Of a DNA stretch of 64,000 nucleotides, positions 42,921 to 55,461 are shown piece after piece; position 1 is the first letter of the stretch; the number at the start of each line of letters is the position of its first letter. The translations under genes and the position numbers were made by a program. The stretch is from NCBI RefSeq assembly GCF_009914755.1, contig NC_060947.1. The stretch is one strand, 5' to 3'. The notes under the pieces were generated by a model that had not been told where the DNA came from, ran no database searches, and saw nothing but the letters and a program-made list of their open reading frames with translations. The stretch comes from the human T2T-CHM13v2.0 reference genome, Homo sapiens.

Positions 42921-43301
42921 TTAGACTGTGGTGAGAACTAAATGAGTGAAAACATGAAAAGCCCTTGACAAATGCTTGGCATGTAATAATTACTACATAA
43001 ATGTGAACGATCACTATTGCTAACAAACTCTTTTTATCTGGAATGTCCATAGATAATTAAAACTAGAGGTTCTAGGACCAGTCAGCCTGTGCTGGTTACC
43101 TGAGGACTTTCTAGCATGAATCAAAACTTTGATGCATCTACATCATCAAAATAATAGCTTTGGAAGCTATAACATGAGGCTTAACTCCAGAATTTTTGAA
43201 GCTACTTTTAAATCCTAACTGGGTTCCTTGAAGGCTGCCTCCTGATGCAATTTTGGATGGGGGAAGAAGAAGGGTAGAGAACATTCTTCCGTGGTACAGA
43301 G

Positions 43302-43521
43302 CAGGAGTTGGGGGACTTTTTTTTTTTGTAAAGGCCTAGATAGTAATTATTTTAGCATTGTGGGCCAGACGGTCTCTGCTGCAGCTTCTCAACTCTGCTA
43401 TTGTAGTGTGAAAGCAGCCATAGACAATACGGATGCAAATGGACGTGGCTGTGTTCAAATAAAACTTTACTTACAAAAACAGTCAGATTTAGCATGAGCG
43501 TCACAGTTTGCTGACCTCTGG
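43302..43521. mobile_element. MER58A (orientation A)
   Basis: gtaaaggcctagatagtaattattttag...gcagccatagacaatac...tttgctgacctctg. Confidence 0.85.
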
Positions 43522-44829
43522 CATAAAGGAAAAATCATGGACTTTATATTCAGAGGACTGCAGGTATGAAAAATATTTGAATTTCTGTGAGAATGTTTCC
43601 TCATTTGCATACTTTTGATGAAAATATCTGTAAACAATCTGGTACATAGTAGATGCTCAATAAATATTAGTTTTCTTCTTTTAAGGCATGAATAGCTACA
43701 AGTACTGAATTAATGGAATTTCAATTTGAAAATGACAACATACTTGCGGTATGGTTTTCACTTTCCCCATGATGTCCTGCTGACTTCTGTCACAATTATA
43801 ATAAATGTTACTCCTTCTGTAATGTTTTTCCTAGGCTACACTCAACTGACTTCAATCTTATATTCTTGGCATCAATATCACAGCCTTTTCTTTTTGTGTT
43901 TAATGGTAACTTTGTTAGAAGCAGTTCCAAAATGAAGAAGCAGAATGGAAGGGGTTGCTCATAATTCATTGAAAAACAATAAACTCCTCCCTTCCTTTCT
44001 CTTATTAATTACACACTTTATAAAACAAATGCTTCACACCCTTCCGTTTGGGCTGGGCACACTGAATGAAAAGAAATCTACTTAACCTGCCATGGGTGTT
44101 TGTCTCTATCACGTCTTTTTCATAAAGTTTCTGAAAAGTAGCGATTTCTATTAAATAATTTTCAACAAATGTGTTTGGCATTTGATGTTGTGGTCAGAGG
44201 GTAAACAATAACTTTTAGCAGATGACCATTAATGGAGTGCCAGGAAAGATGGAGGTGACGTGTTTAAGGGAAGGGAAGTTATTTCTAATGGAAAGAGGAA
44301 ACCTCTACTCTATGACTTTACCTTAATCACTTTCAATCTTACATGTTATTTCTCATTAAGTGACATTCCTTTTAGTTGTTGTGCCATGATTCCTGAAAAG
44401 TGATGTACTGGAAAAATACTGAGTTGGACCCCTTTTTGGGTTTCAGTTACTCAGGTATAGAAGCCATCTGCTTCTGCAAAGTTCTGGAAAATGAACATTG
44501 GGTTTCTGCTCTTTGGTATTCCGTACAGTGAGTGAAATACACGTGATTACGTCACTGATAGAACTTAACTGGGAGGTACAACTGGAAAATGTTAAGCTTT
44601 GTTCTGCCTTCATGACGCACCCACAAGTGATATCTATGAAATATCTTGCCCTGTTGTTGTCATTCTAGAATATCAGGAGAAGTGAGTAGATTGATTTTTA
44701 AATATCTTTGATGTCCAGTGATTCACATGTACGTTTATTCAAACACAATGAAAGAGACTTGAGTTTAGAGAAATTGAACATGTGAGCTATAGCCATGACT
44801 AGAAAAAGAGACTTGTGCTATCATTTCAT

Positions 44830-45220
44830 TTTAGACATGGTTGGCAGTTGTATCCTCCCCAAGAAGGATATGAGACAAGAATGGATGGTCAAATTGTTGC
44901 CAGAAAACACCAGTACTGGGTAGGAAGTGAAACAGGGACAACTACGAAGCCAGTAAAGTGTGACTTACCAAGACCACCTTGGGCAACTGGAGATTAACCC
45001 CATTGGGCAACTCTGGGAAACAGTACAGAACATTCCAGCTAATAGGGAAGAAGCAGAGTATTTATGTAACATCTCCCATCAGGAGCTGGTTGAAAGCTGT
45101 TGGGGGAAGGTAGGCATTAACTTCCCTTTGGAATTAGTTGGTCCTGGGAGGGGCAGAAAAAGTTCCCAGGCCAGGGAGATAGGACCTGTGAGTGCAATAT
45201 GGGTATGGCCTTGACAGCTG
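44830..45220. mobile_element. LTR16-like (ERVL) fragment
   Basis: aaccccattgggcaactctgggaaacagtacagaaca...gaagcagagtatttat resembles the LTR16 consensus. Confidence 0.55.
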
Positions 45221-46786
45221 TAGGCAGGAGCTCTTACACTAGAGGAGACTACAATATAACCATTTTGAGCTCTCATGGAGGACAGAGAGAGCTGGCATCA
45301 CAGTCATCCAATTTTTCAGTTCCAATGACTTGTGACTAACTGTGGGGCTAAACAGAATTTGCATCGGACAGTGCTTTCTGTACTGGCCTTGGTCATTCCT
45401 GACTTCAGGGTCACAATCTACCTACAAGCACTCATTTGCAACTGACTGTAAGTGGGTCTAAGTTTGAGCAATGGTAGGCAAAGTTCCCTGAAAAAGAAAA
45501 CACGTGACATCTAGCGTGTCAGACCAAAATGTATATTTCCTCATCTAGTGACTCCTAACTTCCATCATTTCAACTCATTGTGAAATTATTATTGTCTTTC
45601 TGGAACAATGGTTTGAGAACTTGAAGCCTCTGCAGTAAACTTGACTTTTTTAAAGCTTGAGTTAAGGATTATTTGGAGAAGTGTCCCTCTCTCTCCCTAC
45701 CCCCTTTTTTTCCTCCCCCCTCCGCCCCCATCTCTCCCTCTTTATACATTATCATTAAGGTCAACTATATTTCTATAAACAAACCTGACAGATGTTACCA
45801 TCTAACCTTCCTACCTGGGAAACAGAATGGTCTGTTGAGGTTTGTCAGGATCGGGGTCAGGGTTGTGGGAAGGGAGAGGGCAGCCTGCCAGGTAATGGAA
45901 ACACTGCTTGCTTTAATTTTATTGCCAAGAACAAAGCCTTCTTATTGTTTAATAGAACCCTTAAAGGCAGGCCTCATTGGCATAGTTCTAATTTTTTCGA
46001 GACCACAAACAAGAGGAATTCTTTAGGGCCACTTCGTGAAAAGCAGAAGAAAAAAATAGTTTATTCTGCAAAAATTAAAGCAATCCTTTGTTTCAGTAGC
46101 CAGTGTCTGATTTCAGGTTGGCATCTGTATGTGTCCTCTCTACAGGGGCATTTGTTGGCATTGTCTGCATGGGCACCCACTCTTTCATTCAGATTAATTG
46201 GAGGTTATGCCTGACATATGAAGGAACTGGACAGAAACCATCTTTCTCTGGCAAATCATCCCTTTGGCAGCAATACTTTCAGATAACATGCTAAAAGAAG
46301 AAATGTTTCGCACCAAAAACAAAGAAGCAAACACTCTCCTCTTGCAAAACCTATTTATAAAACTGGGAACCACACACATCTTCATTCAGTGCTTATTTTG
46401 ATTCTACCAGCAAACTAAACCTTCTATGCAGTCCTTGCTTCTCAGCAGCAAGTTTTACTTCTCTCTCCATTTAAAGTATAGGTGACCAAAGTTTCCGGTT
46501 TCCAGAGATCTTTGCAACAGTGTTAGTAGCTAAGGAATGAAAGTGAGAGGAGATGAGGTCATTCTTGTTATTCCATGAATGAGGAAGATGCTATCAATGT
46601 ACAGGGATCATCTATGAAGCAAATCTTAGGGATTTGTTGAGTGCCCACAATGTGCAAAGCACCATGCTAGGACCTGTGGTAGAAACAGAACTTGGCCTGC
46701 TAGAAAGAATGACTTCACTAGAGAACAAGCAGCGAACATGCCAAGTGCACACATAATTAACTGCTAAACCATGGGCTACAGAAGTT

Positions 46787-47075
46787 CTAGAGCTGTGTGG
46801 TCCAATATGGCCACCACTAGCCACTTGTGGTTTTGAGCACTTGAAATATGGTTAGTCTGAATTGAGATGTGCTGTGAATATGAAATGCATACATTAATCA
46901 TTTTTACATTGATTACATGTTGACATGATAACATTTTAAATATATCGGGGTCAAATAAAATGTATTAGTACAATTAATTTTACCTGATTATTTTTACTTA
47001 AAAAATGTGATTACTTGAAAATTTTTCAATTACATATGTGGCTCACATTACACAGTACTTTGATTGGATGATGTG
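46787..47075. mobile_element. MER33 (hAT-Charlie)
   Basis: gtccaatatggccaccactagccacttgtgg...ttacatatgtggctcacatta. Confidence 0.82.
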
Positions 47076-49103
47076 ACTCTGGAGAGTTTGAGAAATGAGG
47101 CAATTACTGTGTGAGTAGCTGAGGAAGGTTTCATGCCAAATATGAAGGAGAGACTGGTCTTTGGAGATCAGAGTAGGCAAGACAGAGTTAGGAAACCCAG
47201 GGGTGAGGAAGATGAGAAAAGGCACCAGGGAAGAGAGGCAAAAGAACATTTTTGCAAGACAGAGGAAATTAAAATTCTGTTTCAACAACATGCAGGGTAC
47301 AGTGGGCATGCATCTTGAATTGGTTATCTGGGAATGGGGAGACAGAAATACCGAAGCCAGTTATATCTTACTGCCCCTTGTGAAAAGCCTTTTGGGGGCC
47401 ATTTGCAGAGAGCTAGCCATGACTGAGCTCCATAGAGTCTGGCTAAAACAAAACAGCAAATTGAGGAGTTTAACTTGGGAGTGGGGAGTTCTTCCTTGAC
47501 CCCCACCTTTTTCTAATTGACTCCCTTTGTATCCTGGTCTTAGTGGGCCTTCAGCATTGATCTTTAAAGCTATCCATGCTTACTTGCTTTCCTGGAGTTT
47601 TCTTCTGAAATGGTAGTGGGGCTGGTAAAAGTTACAATGGCAGTAGAAGGGCAGGCAGGAAGGACACTGGAGAGCTGTACAATAGGGGCTTTGACAAAAG
47701 GACAGTGAAGAGCAAAGCTAATCTGATCTGGAAGAGAAAAGGAAAGATCACAGCATTTAGATGTCTTTTGGTTGCTAATTTTGAAGTTGTGGTGAGTTTG
47801 TGAGTGTGTGTGTGTGTTTGGGAATCATGAGAGACTGATATTGAAAATGTTTTCCTGTTAAGTCATTTTCAGACCTAGGTTGATTAGCCATCTTACATGT
47901 GTGGAATTATTATTTATAAGTGTTTTCCCAAGCCTGATTCAAAGTGACTATCTAACTATTTTTTTCTTTTGCAAACCAGAAAAGATAGAGAAGGTATCCT
48001 AGAGAATAAAAGGAAAGGTACAGGTTTATAATAAGGGGGAAGGAAAGACCCACCTCGATCGATCTCTATTCAGGGCTCAGCAACACTCCTGATGGACAGC
48101 TCTCTCATTTTTGACTTCCCTTTGTCAACTCCATCCTCTTAGCCCTACCTGGGTGGCAGAGCCCTCAGGCTGGGAGGGAGCTCCTTGTGTGCACTAGCAT
48201 TACTGATCCTCCAGGGATTTGTGGCTACTGAGGTTTGCTGTCATAAAAACACAGTGCTGTGTACAGTCTTCTCAAGAAGGGTCCTTTCTGCCCTTCAAGG
48301 TGTGAGCTTATCGGACATGCTGATCTATGCAAATGAGCTAGTGCTACAAGGAGGACAGAAGGATGATGTAGTTGGCCTCTAGAGGTGTTCCATTCACTCA
48401 TCAATAGTCAAGTGCTGCATGCTAAACGCAGCATACTAGGAAGACTGTCCTATTTACCCAGGAGTCCAACCAACTAGGAGAAGGAATAGACACAGACTTA
48501 CAGACCATCAAGATTTTTGTTCAAGAACTGCATCTATGTCAACAATTCACTATGTAGTTTCCCTTAAGCTTTTAAGTTCAAATTATGATCTCATTATTCT
48601 ATTCATACATCTAATAAATTTTATGAAACCAAGAATAATCACTCTCGGGAGTCCTTGAATCAATGTTTGATTAACTCAAGTTGAATAGACTCAACTCCAT
48701 TAAACAATCAATTCTGTCTATACATTAGCTGATTAAGTTCCTACACACATATTTTTAAATTGCGGTAAAATTTACATGCAAGGAAATGCATAGATCTTAA
48801 GGGACAGTTTAATGGATTTTGATAACCGACAGCTCAATCAAGACATAAAACATTTCTATCACCCTAGAAAGTACCCTCGAGCCGCTCTTCAGGTCAATCC
48901 TCACCCCTATGAGGAATCACTGTTCAGATTACTCCTGTAACACTTTAAACTGCATTTATCAATTTAACACATTTGATTTACTTTATAAGCACTTCAAATG
49001 CTAACAGGATAAAATTAAAATCCTAACACGTTATACCTTCCCAAGTCCTTAAGTAGCTCTTATAAATCTAATAAACTAAACTTAAAAAATATGCTGAAAC
49101 CCA

Positions 49104-49458
<355 letters not shown>

Positions 49459-49515
49459 CTAAACTATCTTACAGATCCAACTTAAAATAACAGTTCTAAA
49501 AGAAATTACATGTTA

Positions 49516-49814
49516 GGCTGGGCGTGGTCGCTCATGCCTGTAATCCCAGCACTTTGGGAGGCCAAGGCGGGCAGATCACTTGAGGTCAGGAGTTCGTGAC
49601 CAGGCTGGCCAACATGGTGAAACCCCATCTCTACTAAAGATACAAAAATTAGCTGGGCATGGTGGTGGGTGCCTGTGATCCCAGCCACTCAGGAGGCTGA
49701 GACAGGAGAATCACTTGAACCCCAGGAGGTAGAGGTTGCAGTGAGCCGAGATGACACCAGTGCACTCCAGCCTGGGTGACAGAGCAAGACTCCATCTCAA
49801 AAAAAAAAAAAAAA
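49516..49814 (+). mobile_element. AluSx/Sz-like
   Basis: Full Alu; TSD aaattac(a/g)tgtt. Confidence 0.95.
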
Positions 49815-49944
49815 ATTACGTGTTTCAAATTAGCATTTCAAAGCAAATCTGTCAAATTTCTGTAATATGTCATATTATCTTAAATGCTATGAACTATTAA
49901 CATACAAACAAATATTTCAGTCCCAAGTTGTAATATATATATAT

Positions 49945-50240
49945 TTTTAAGTTCAGGGTCTCTGTCTCTGTCACTCAGGCTGGAGTCCAGTGGTACAATC
50001 ATAGATCACTGTAATCTCCAACTTCTTCTGGGTTCTAGTGATCCTCCTGCTTCAGACTCCTGAGTAGCTAGGACTACAGGCAAGAACCTCCACTCACAGT
50101 TGGTTAATTAATTAATTATTTAGTAGAGACAGGGTCTTGCTATGTTGCCCAGGTTGGTTCTAAACTCTTGGCCTCAAACAATCCTCCCACCTTGGCCTCC
50201 CAAAGTGCTGAGATTACAGGTGTGAGTCACTGCACCCAGT
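49945..50240 (-). mobile_element. AluJ (diverged)
   Basis: cactcaggctggagt...ggcctcccaaagtgctgagattacagg. Confidence 0.9.
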
Positions 50241-50268
50241 CATAACCCAAAATATTGATTTTATGCTA

Positions 50269-50590
50269 CAGGTTGAGTATCCCTTATCCTAAATGCTTAG
50301 AACCAGAAGTGTTTTGGATTTTGGAATATTTGCACATACATAATGAGATATCTTGGGGATAGGACCCAAGTCTGACCACTAAATTCACTTACATTCCACA
50401 TACACCTTATACACATAAGCTTGAAGGTAATTTTATGCAATATTTTCAATAATTTTGTGCATGAAACAAAGTTTGTGTTAAGTACTTGTGTGTGGAATTT
50501 TCCTCTTCTCGCGTCATGTCAGTGCTGAAAAAGTTTTGGATTTTAGAGCATTTCGGATTTTGGATTTTCAAATTAGGGTGGCTCAGCCAG
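50269..50590. mobile_element. Tigger4 (a/b) DNA transposon
   Basis: TA-flanked TIRs caggttgagtatccct / agggtggctcagccag. Confidence 0.85.
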
Positions 50591-51947
50591 TATTATTTAG
50601 TTCTTCATCTTTATACATGAATCTCAAACTTCCTGGGAAGGAGGAAAAAAAGGAATTTACTTATTTACTAAAGGAAACAAATTTATCATCTCAAAGAAGT
50701 TGAGGTTAGAGGGTCAATGGTTAATAATAAAAGATTTCAGAACGTTCATAAGAACTGAAGACTCACTGATTGTACTGGCACTGCAGATGTACACTTGCTG
50801 AGCCTTTGTTATGGTGGGTTTAACAGGGTTTCCAATTACCTATCTGATAAGATGGTTCTTGTAATGAGAATTCCCCTGGGAATCTAACTTTCTAATCACC
50901 TGGTTTGGGTTCAGTAACAACTCCAGTTACTTATTACTTGGTTAAATTCAACCTATTTCTTTACTGGCTGATTCTTGTTATATCTGGCTTCAGGCCACGT
51001 ATCTGTGGTTATTTGAATGATGTTTATGTCAAAAGACTGTTGGGATAATTAAATCAGGAAGTGACAGTAAGAGCTGGTCATGGTCATAACTGCTTGTAGT
51101 GCATATCTACATAAGTCCTATCACTTTTTCTTTCTTTACACTACAGTCTATGTGTTGCTGTGAAACTGGAACAGATCTATGCAATAATGCTCCCCTTCCA
51201 ACACCTGCAAAGATGGACAAGGCACCACCTTCCCAATCCTATGGAAATTGACAGAAGGCTTCCTTGAATGAACTTATGACATCTCAATACCAAGCTTGCC
51301 TTGTCAGAGAATTAGACCACTATATAGTTTTCACGACTTTACATATATGAACTTGATGTTATATCTAGGGAAAATACTTTTAAAAGCATAGTAAAAGCTC
51401 TATCATAAATTCCTAGGCCAAGAAGTTACCTCACTTGGTTGTAAAAATCTTTGTGTTGCTCCTCACTGAGAGCCTTGTACATTCCATGGTAGCCTCGGGC
51501 ATTTTAAATAGCTGAATTTAAAATTTCATATTTCTATTTCAAACAAAAATAACCAGTACTACAATTGTCTTCTTGTTAACGGACATTTTATATGCATGAC
51601 TCAATTATTTTGCTGTGGAATTTCAAAATTAGAACAAAGCTCTTCATTTTTTCCTACAACATTTAATTTAGCAAATTAAAAATAGAAGTCAACCGAATCA
51701 GGTAAAAAATGATATGTCTGGCTTCTTTCATAATCTGTAATTATTTTATACACAGAGATAATTTCAACTTGATTGTCATTGGAAGACAATTTTATGTTCA
51801 TTTATTGAGAAAAATAATTTAAACTAGATATTAGACCCAGAAGTAAAAGGTTGGTTCAGTAACAAAATGGTGGATTGATTGTTAGGATTATTCTTGTTTC
51901 TGAATGTCATGAATGGGAGCAATAAGTGAACCAAAGCTTTTACTTGA

Positions 51948-52440
<493 letters not shown>

Positions 52441-54657
52441 TAGTCAATCACGCAAGTAAATATTTCCAGGTAAAGAAGGTTGTGTGTGGAATACTGTAAT
52501 GGAGACAGGATAAGGAATTCTTGTATTGTGTGGAGGGAGGGAGCACAATAAGATATATCAGAAAAAAGCACACTTTCTCTCTAACTTTCTAATGCTCAGC
52601 CTTTGGGCCTCCAATTAAGGCCTATTGCTTCACATTTAAGTATTAACCTTGGAAATCTGCACTACCAAATTCAAACATTAGAGGGTTTGTCTTCAGAGGC
52701 ACGTACAAGTGTTCATACTCCAATCTGAGCCACTAGGTAGGATTCTGTATATGATGCAATAGGTCATACCACCCAAACTAGAAAGATTTGCAGACGATGA
52801 AAGGTTTGGATAATGTTTTATATAAAGTTTCAAAACTGAAACTTGGGAATGTCATTCTAAAAGTAATACCAGCTTACTAAGCCTTATATTCATTTATTCA
52901 TAAGATTAATCTCATTCCAAAATACTCAAAGATTTTTGCTGATATCTTCTCATTACTCCTTATGAATATGCCCAAGAAAGAAACAGGATCCAATGCCTGT
53001 TATGAATCAAATTTTTCTAAGTCAAGGGCACTGAATCCAAAGGGAGACATTCAAGTATGTGTTAGATACTTTAATAATTAAATTTAACCTCTACCAAGAA
53101 AAACTACATTTGCTTCATGAGTTGTCAATTTTAGTAAACTTGGTAGAGTAAACTGTTTCAACTGTCTTACTATTGCATATGAATAGACATTATTCAAATG
53201 CAATAGTAAAAACAAATCTTCTCCAGAGATGATAAATTTCTGTGCAGACCAACAGTTCTTTTCTCCTTTGTCATGGGAATCCTAAGACGTGAACTTGGGA
53301 AATCAACCATTATTATAGTGGCTCGTCATAATCCAGTTTCTGAAAGCCACCATATTTGCACTATCACATTATCATAATTCTAGAGCCTATTACATGGAGA
53401 GCCAGAGCTGACTGTGGGTTGTATGATGTGGTTTAATGAGGCCCAGAATCTGACTCTAATTATACCTTGAAAGCATTCTCACAGGGGGTCAGATCGGGTG
53501 GGAATCTGACCCTCATCTGCAAGTGAAAATGGATTATAACTTTGGACATTCATGTCGGCCCCCAGCAGGATATACTTCATCCAAGATCAGACACACGTTC
53601 ACAAGACACAAATAGCTCGTTTGGTGTTTGCATGCTGGTCTTCATCCAATGACTCCGGATGAAGCCATTGCCAAGTTTTCTACGGAGAGAGAATGCTTTG
53701 GCATTACAAAACTGCACAACAAAATTAAACAAATGGTTCATCTTTCTTTTTAACCCAGTGATTTTTCATTATTTCAAAGTTTACAAATGAATGCTTTTAG
53801 GGCTTGGTGAATTACTGGAAAAGTCTTCTACAGACTCCCATCTGTTTTGCCAAGTGATTTTCTACAATTTCTTACAAGGTACATATCACCCAAGTAACAC
53901 CTCACTCTCATCCTTTTCAATTTACAAAACTCATCATCTGAGCAGAAATCTAATTAAACAGCCTTAATTCCTCCACAAGAACCTTGTCACTTTACATGAC
54001 AACTAGCACTGGAGAAACTCAGAGAAAGCCGTATGAGAGCAAACTTTCCATTAAAATAAAACAACAACAAAGATAGATTAAAAACTTAGTGAGAAAAATA
54101 ATGGCAAAAAGAATTTTAAGAAGTGATTACAAACAAGGCAAGATAAACCAAAGGGGCCAATGCTGGAACTTTGAAGTGATGTTGGATTAGAAAATGCCCT
54201 TCTAGGATGACCTTGAGCAAGAATGGTAAGGACTGCTGAGCCTTTATCCTCTTGAAACCATTATGGCAATTGGCCACCCTTTCCCAGTTGTTCTTGGCCA
54301 TCATCTTTAGAGTCACTGGCACCTATCATTTCCAAAACGAACATCTATTAAGTGTCAAGGTGTTGTATTTGCTGTAAAAGAACTTGATTATTGGAATGTG
54401 CAGAAAATTTGGTACATATCAGTGATTCCAAGTGTTTGCTTAGCTAATAAACTGTGTCTTCTGATTTTTCAAAGAAAATGGAAAGAGAAATGTGATGAAG
54501 AGATACAGTCCTTATCTGACCTAGAAAAGTTAAGTTCTACAGGTGACCCAAATTTTGATCATTTCTCATAAGCTTGTCTTTCACTACATATATAATTAAC
54601 TCCAAACTTGTCTAGTGTAACTACAAACTCATCCATTCTACCTTATTTCTCTCCTGA

Positions 54658-55046
<389 letters not shown>

Positions 55047-55112
55047 TGAAGTTGCTCTTTCAATGTCTCTGCCTCCTGAGTCCCAAACTGTCTTGGCCTT
55101 CATACTCTGCTC

Positions 55113-55113
<1 letters not shown>

Positions 55114-55170
<57 letters not shown>

Positions 55171-55176
55171 GTGTGT
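55114..55176. repeat. (GT)21(GC)5-ACGC-(GT)3 alternating purine-pyrimidine tract
   Basis: Read directly. Confidence 0.97.
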
Positions 55177-55461
55177 TTTAAGAGACAGGGTCTCACTCTG
55201 TCACCCAGGCTGGAGAGCAGTTGCACTCCATGGGTCACTGTAGCCTCGACCTCCCAGGCTCAAGCAATCCTCCAGTCTTGGCCTCCTTTGTTACTGGGAT
55301 TACAGGCGCACACCACCACGCCTGTCTAGTTTTTTTATTTTTTGTAGAGACGAGGTCTCACTGTATTGCCCAGGCTGTTATTGAATCCTTGGGCTCAAGT
55401 AATCCTCCTGCCTTGGCCGCCCAAAGTATGCTGGGATTACAGGCATGAGCCACAGCATGCC
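55177..55461 (-). mobile_element. AluJ whose tail abuts the GT/GC tract
   Basis: gagacagggtctcactctgtc...ctgggattacaggcatgagccac. Confidence 0.92.

Noticed and set aside
53484-53514. Hairpin gggtcagat-N9-atctgaccc
   Set aside because: A 9-bp stem is expected by chance at this scale; no ncRNA features
53553-53570. CTCF-like motif (also near 33888 and 48372)
   Set aside because: Several mismatches to the core consensus; unsupported without ChIP data
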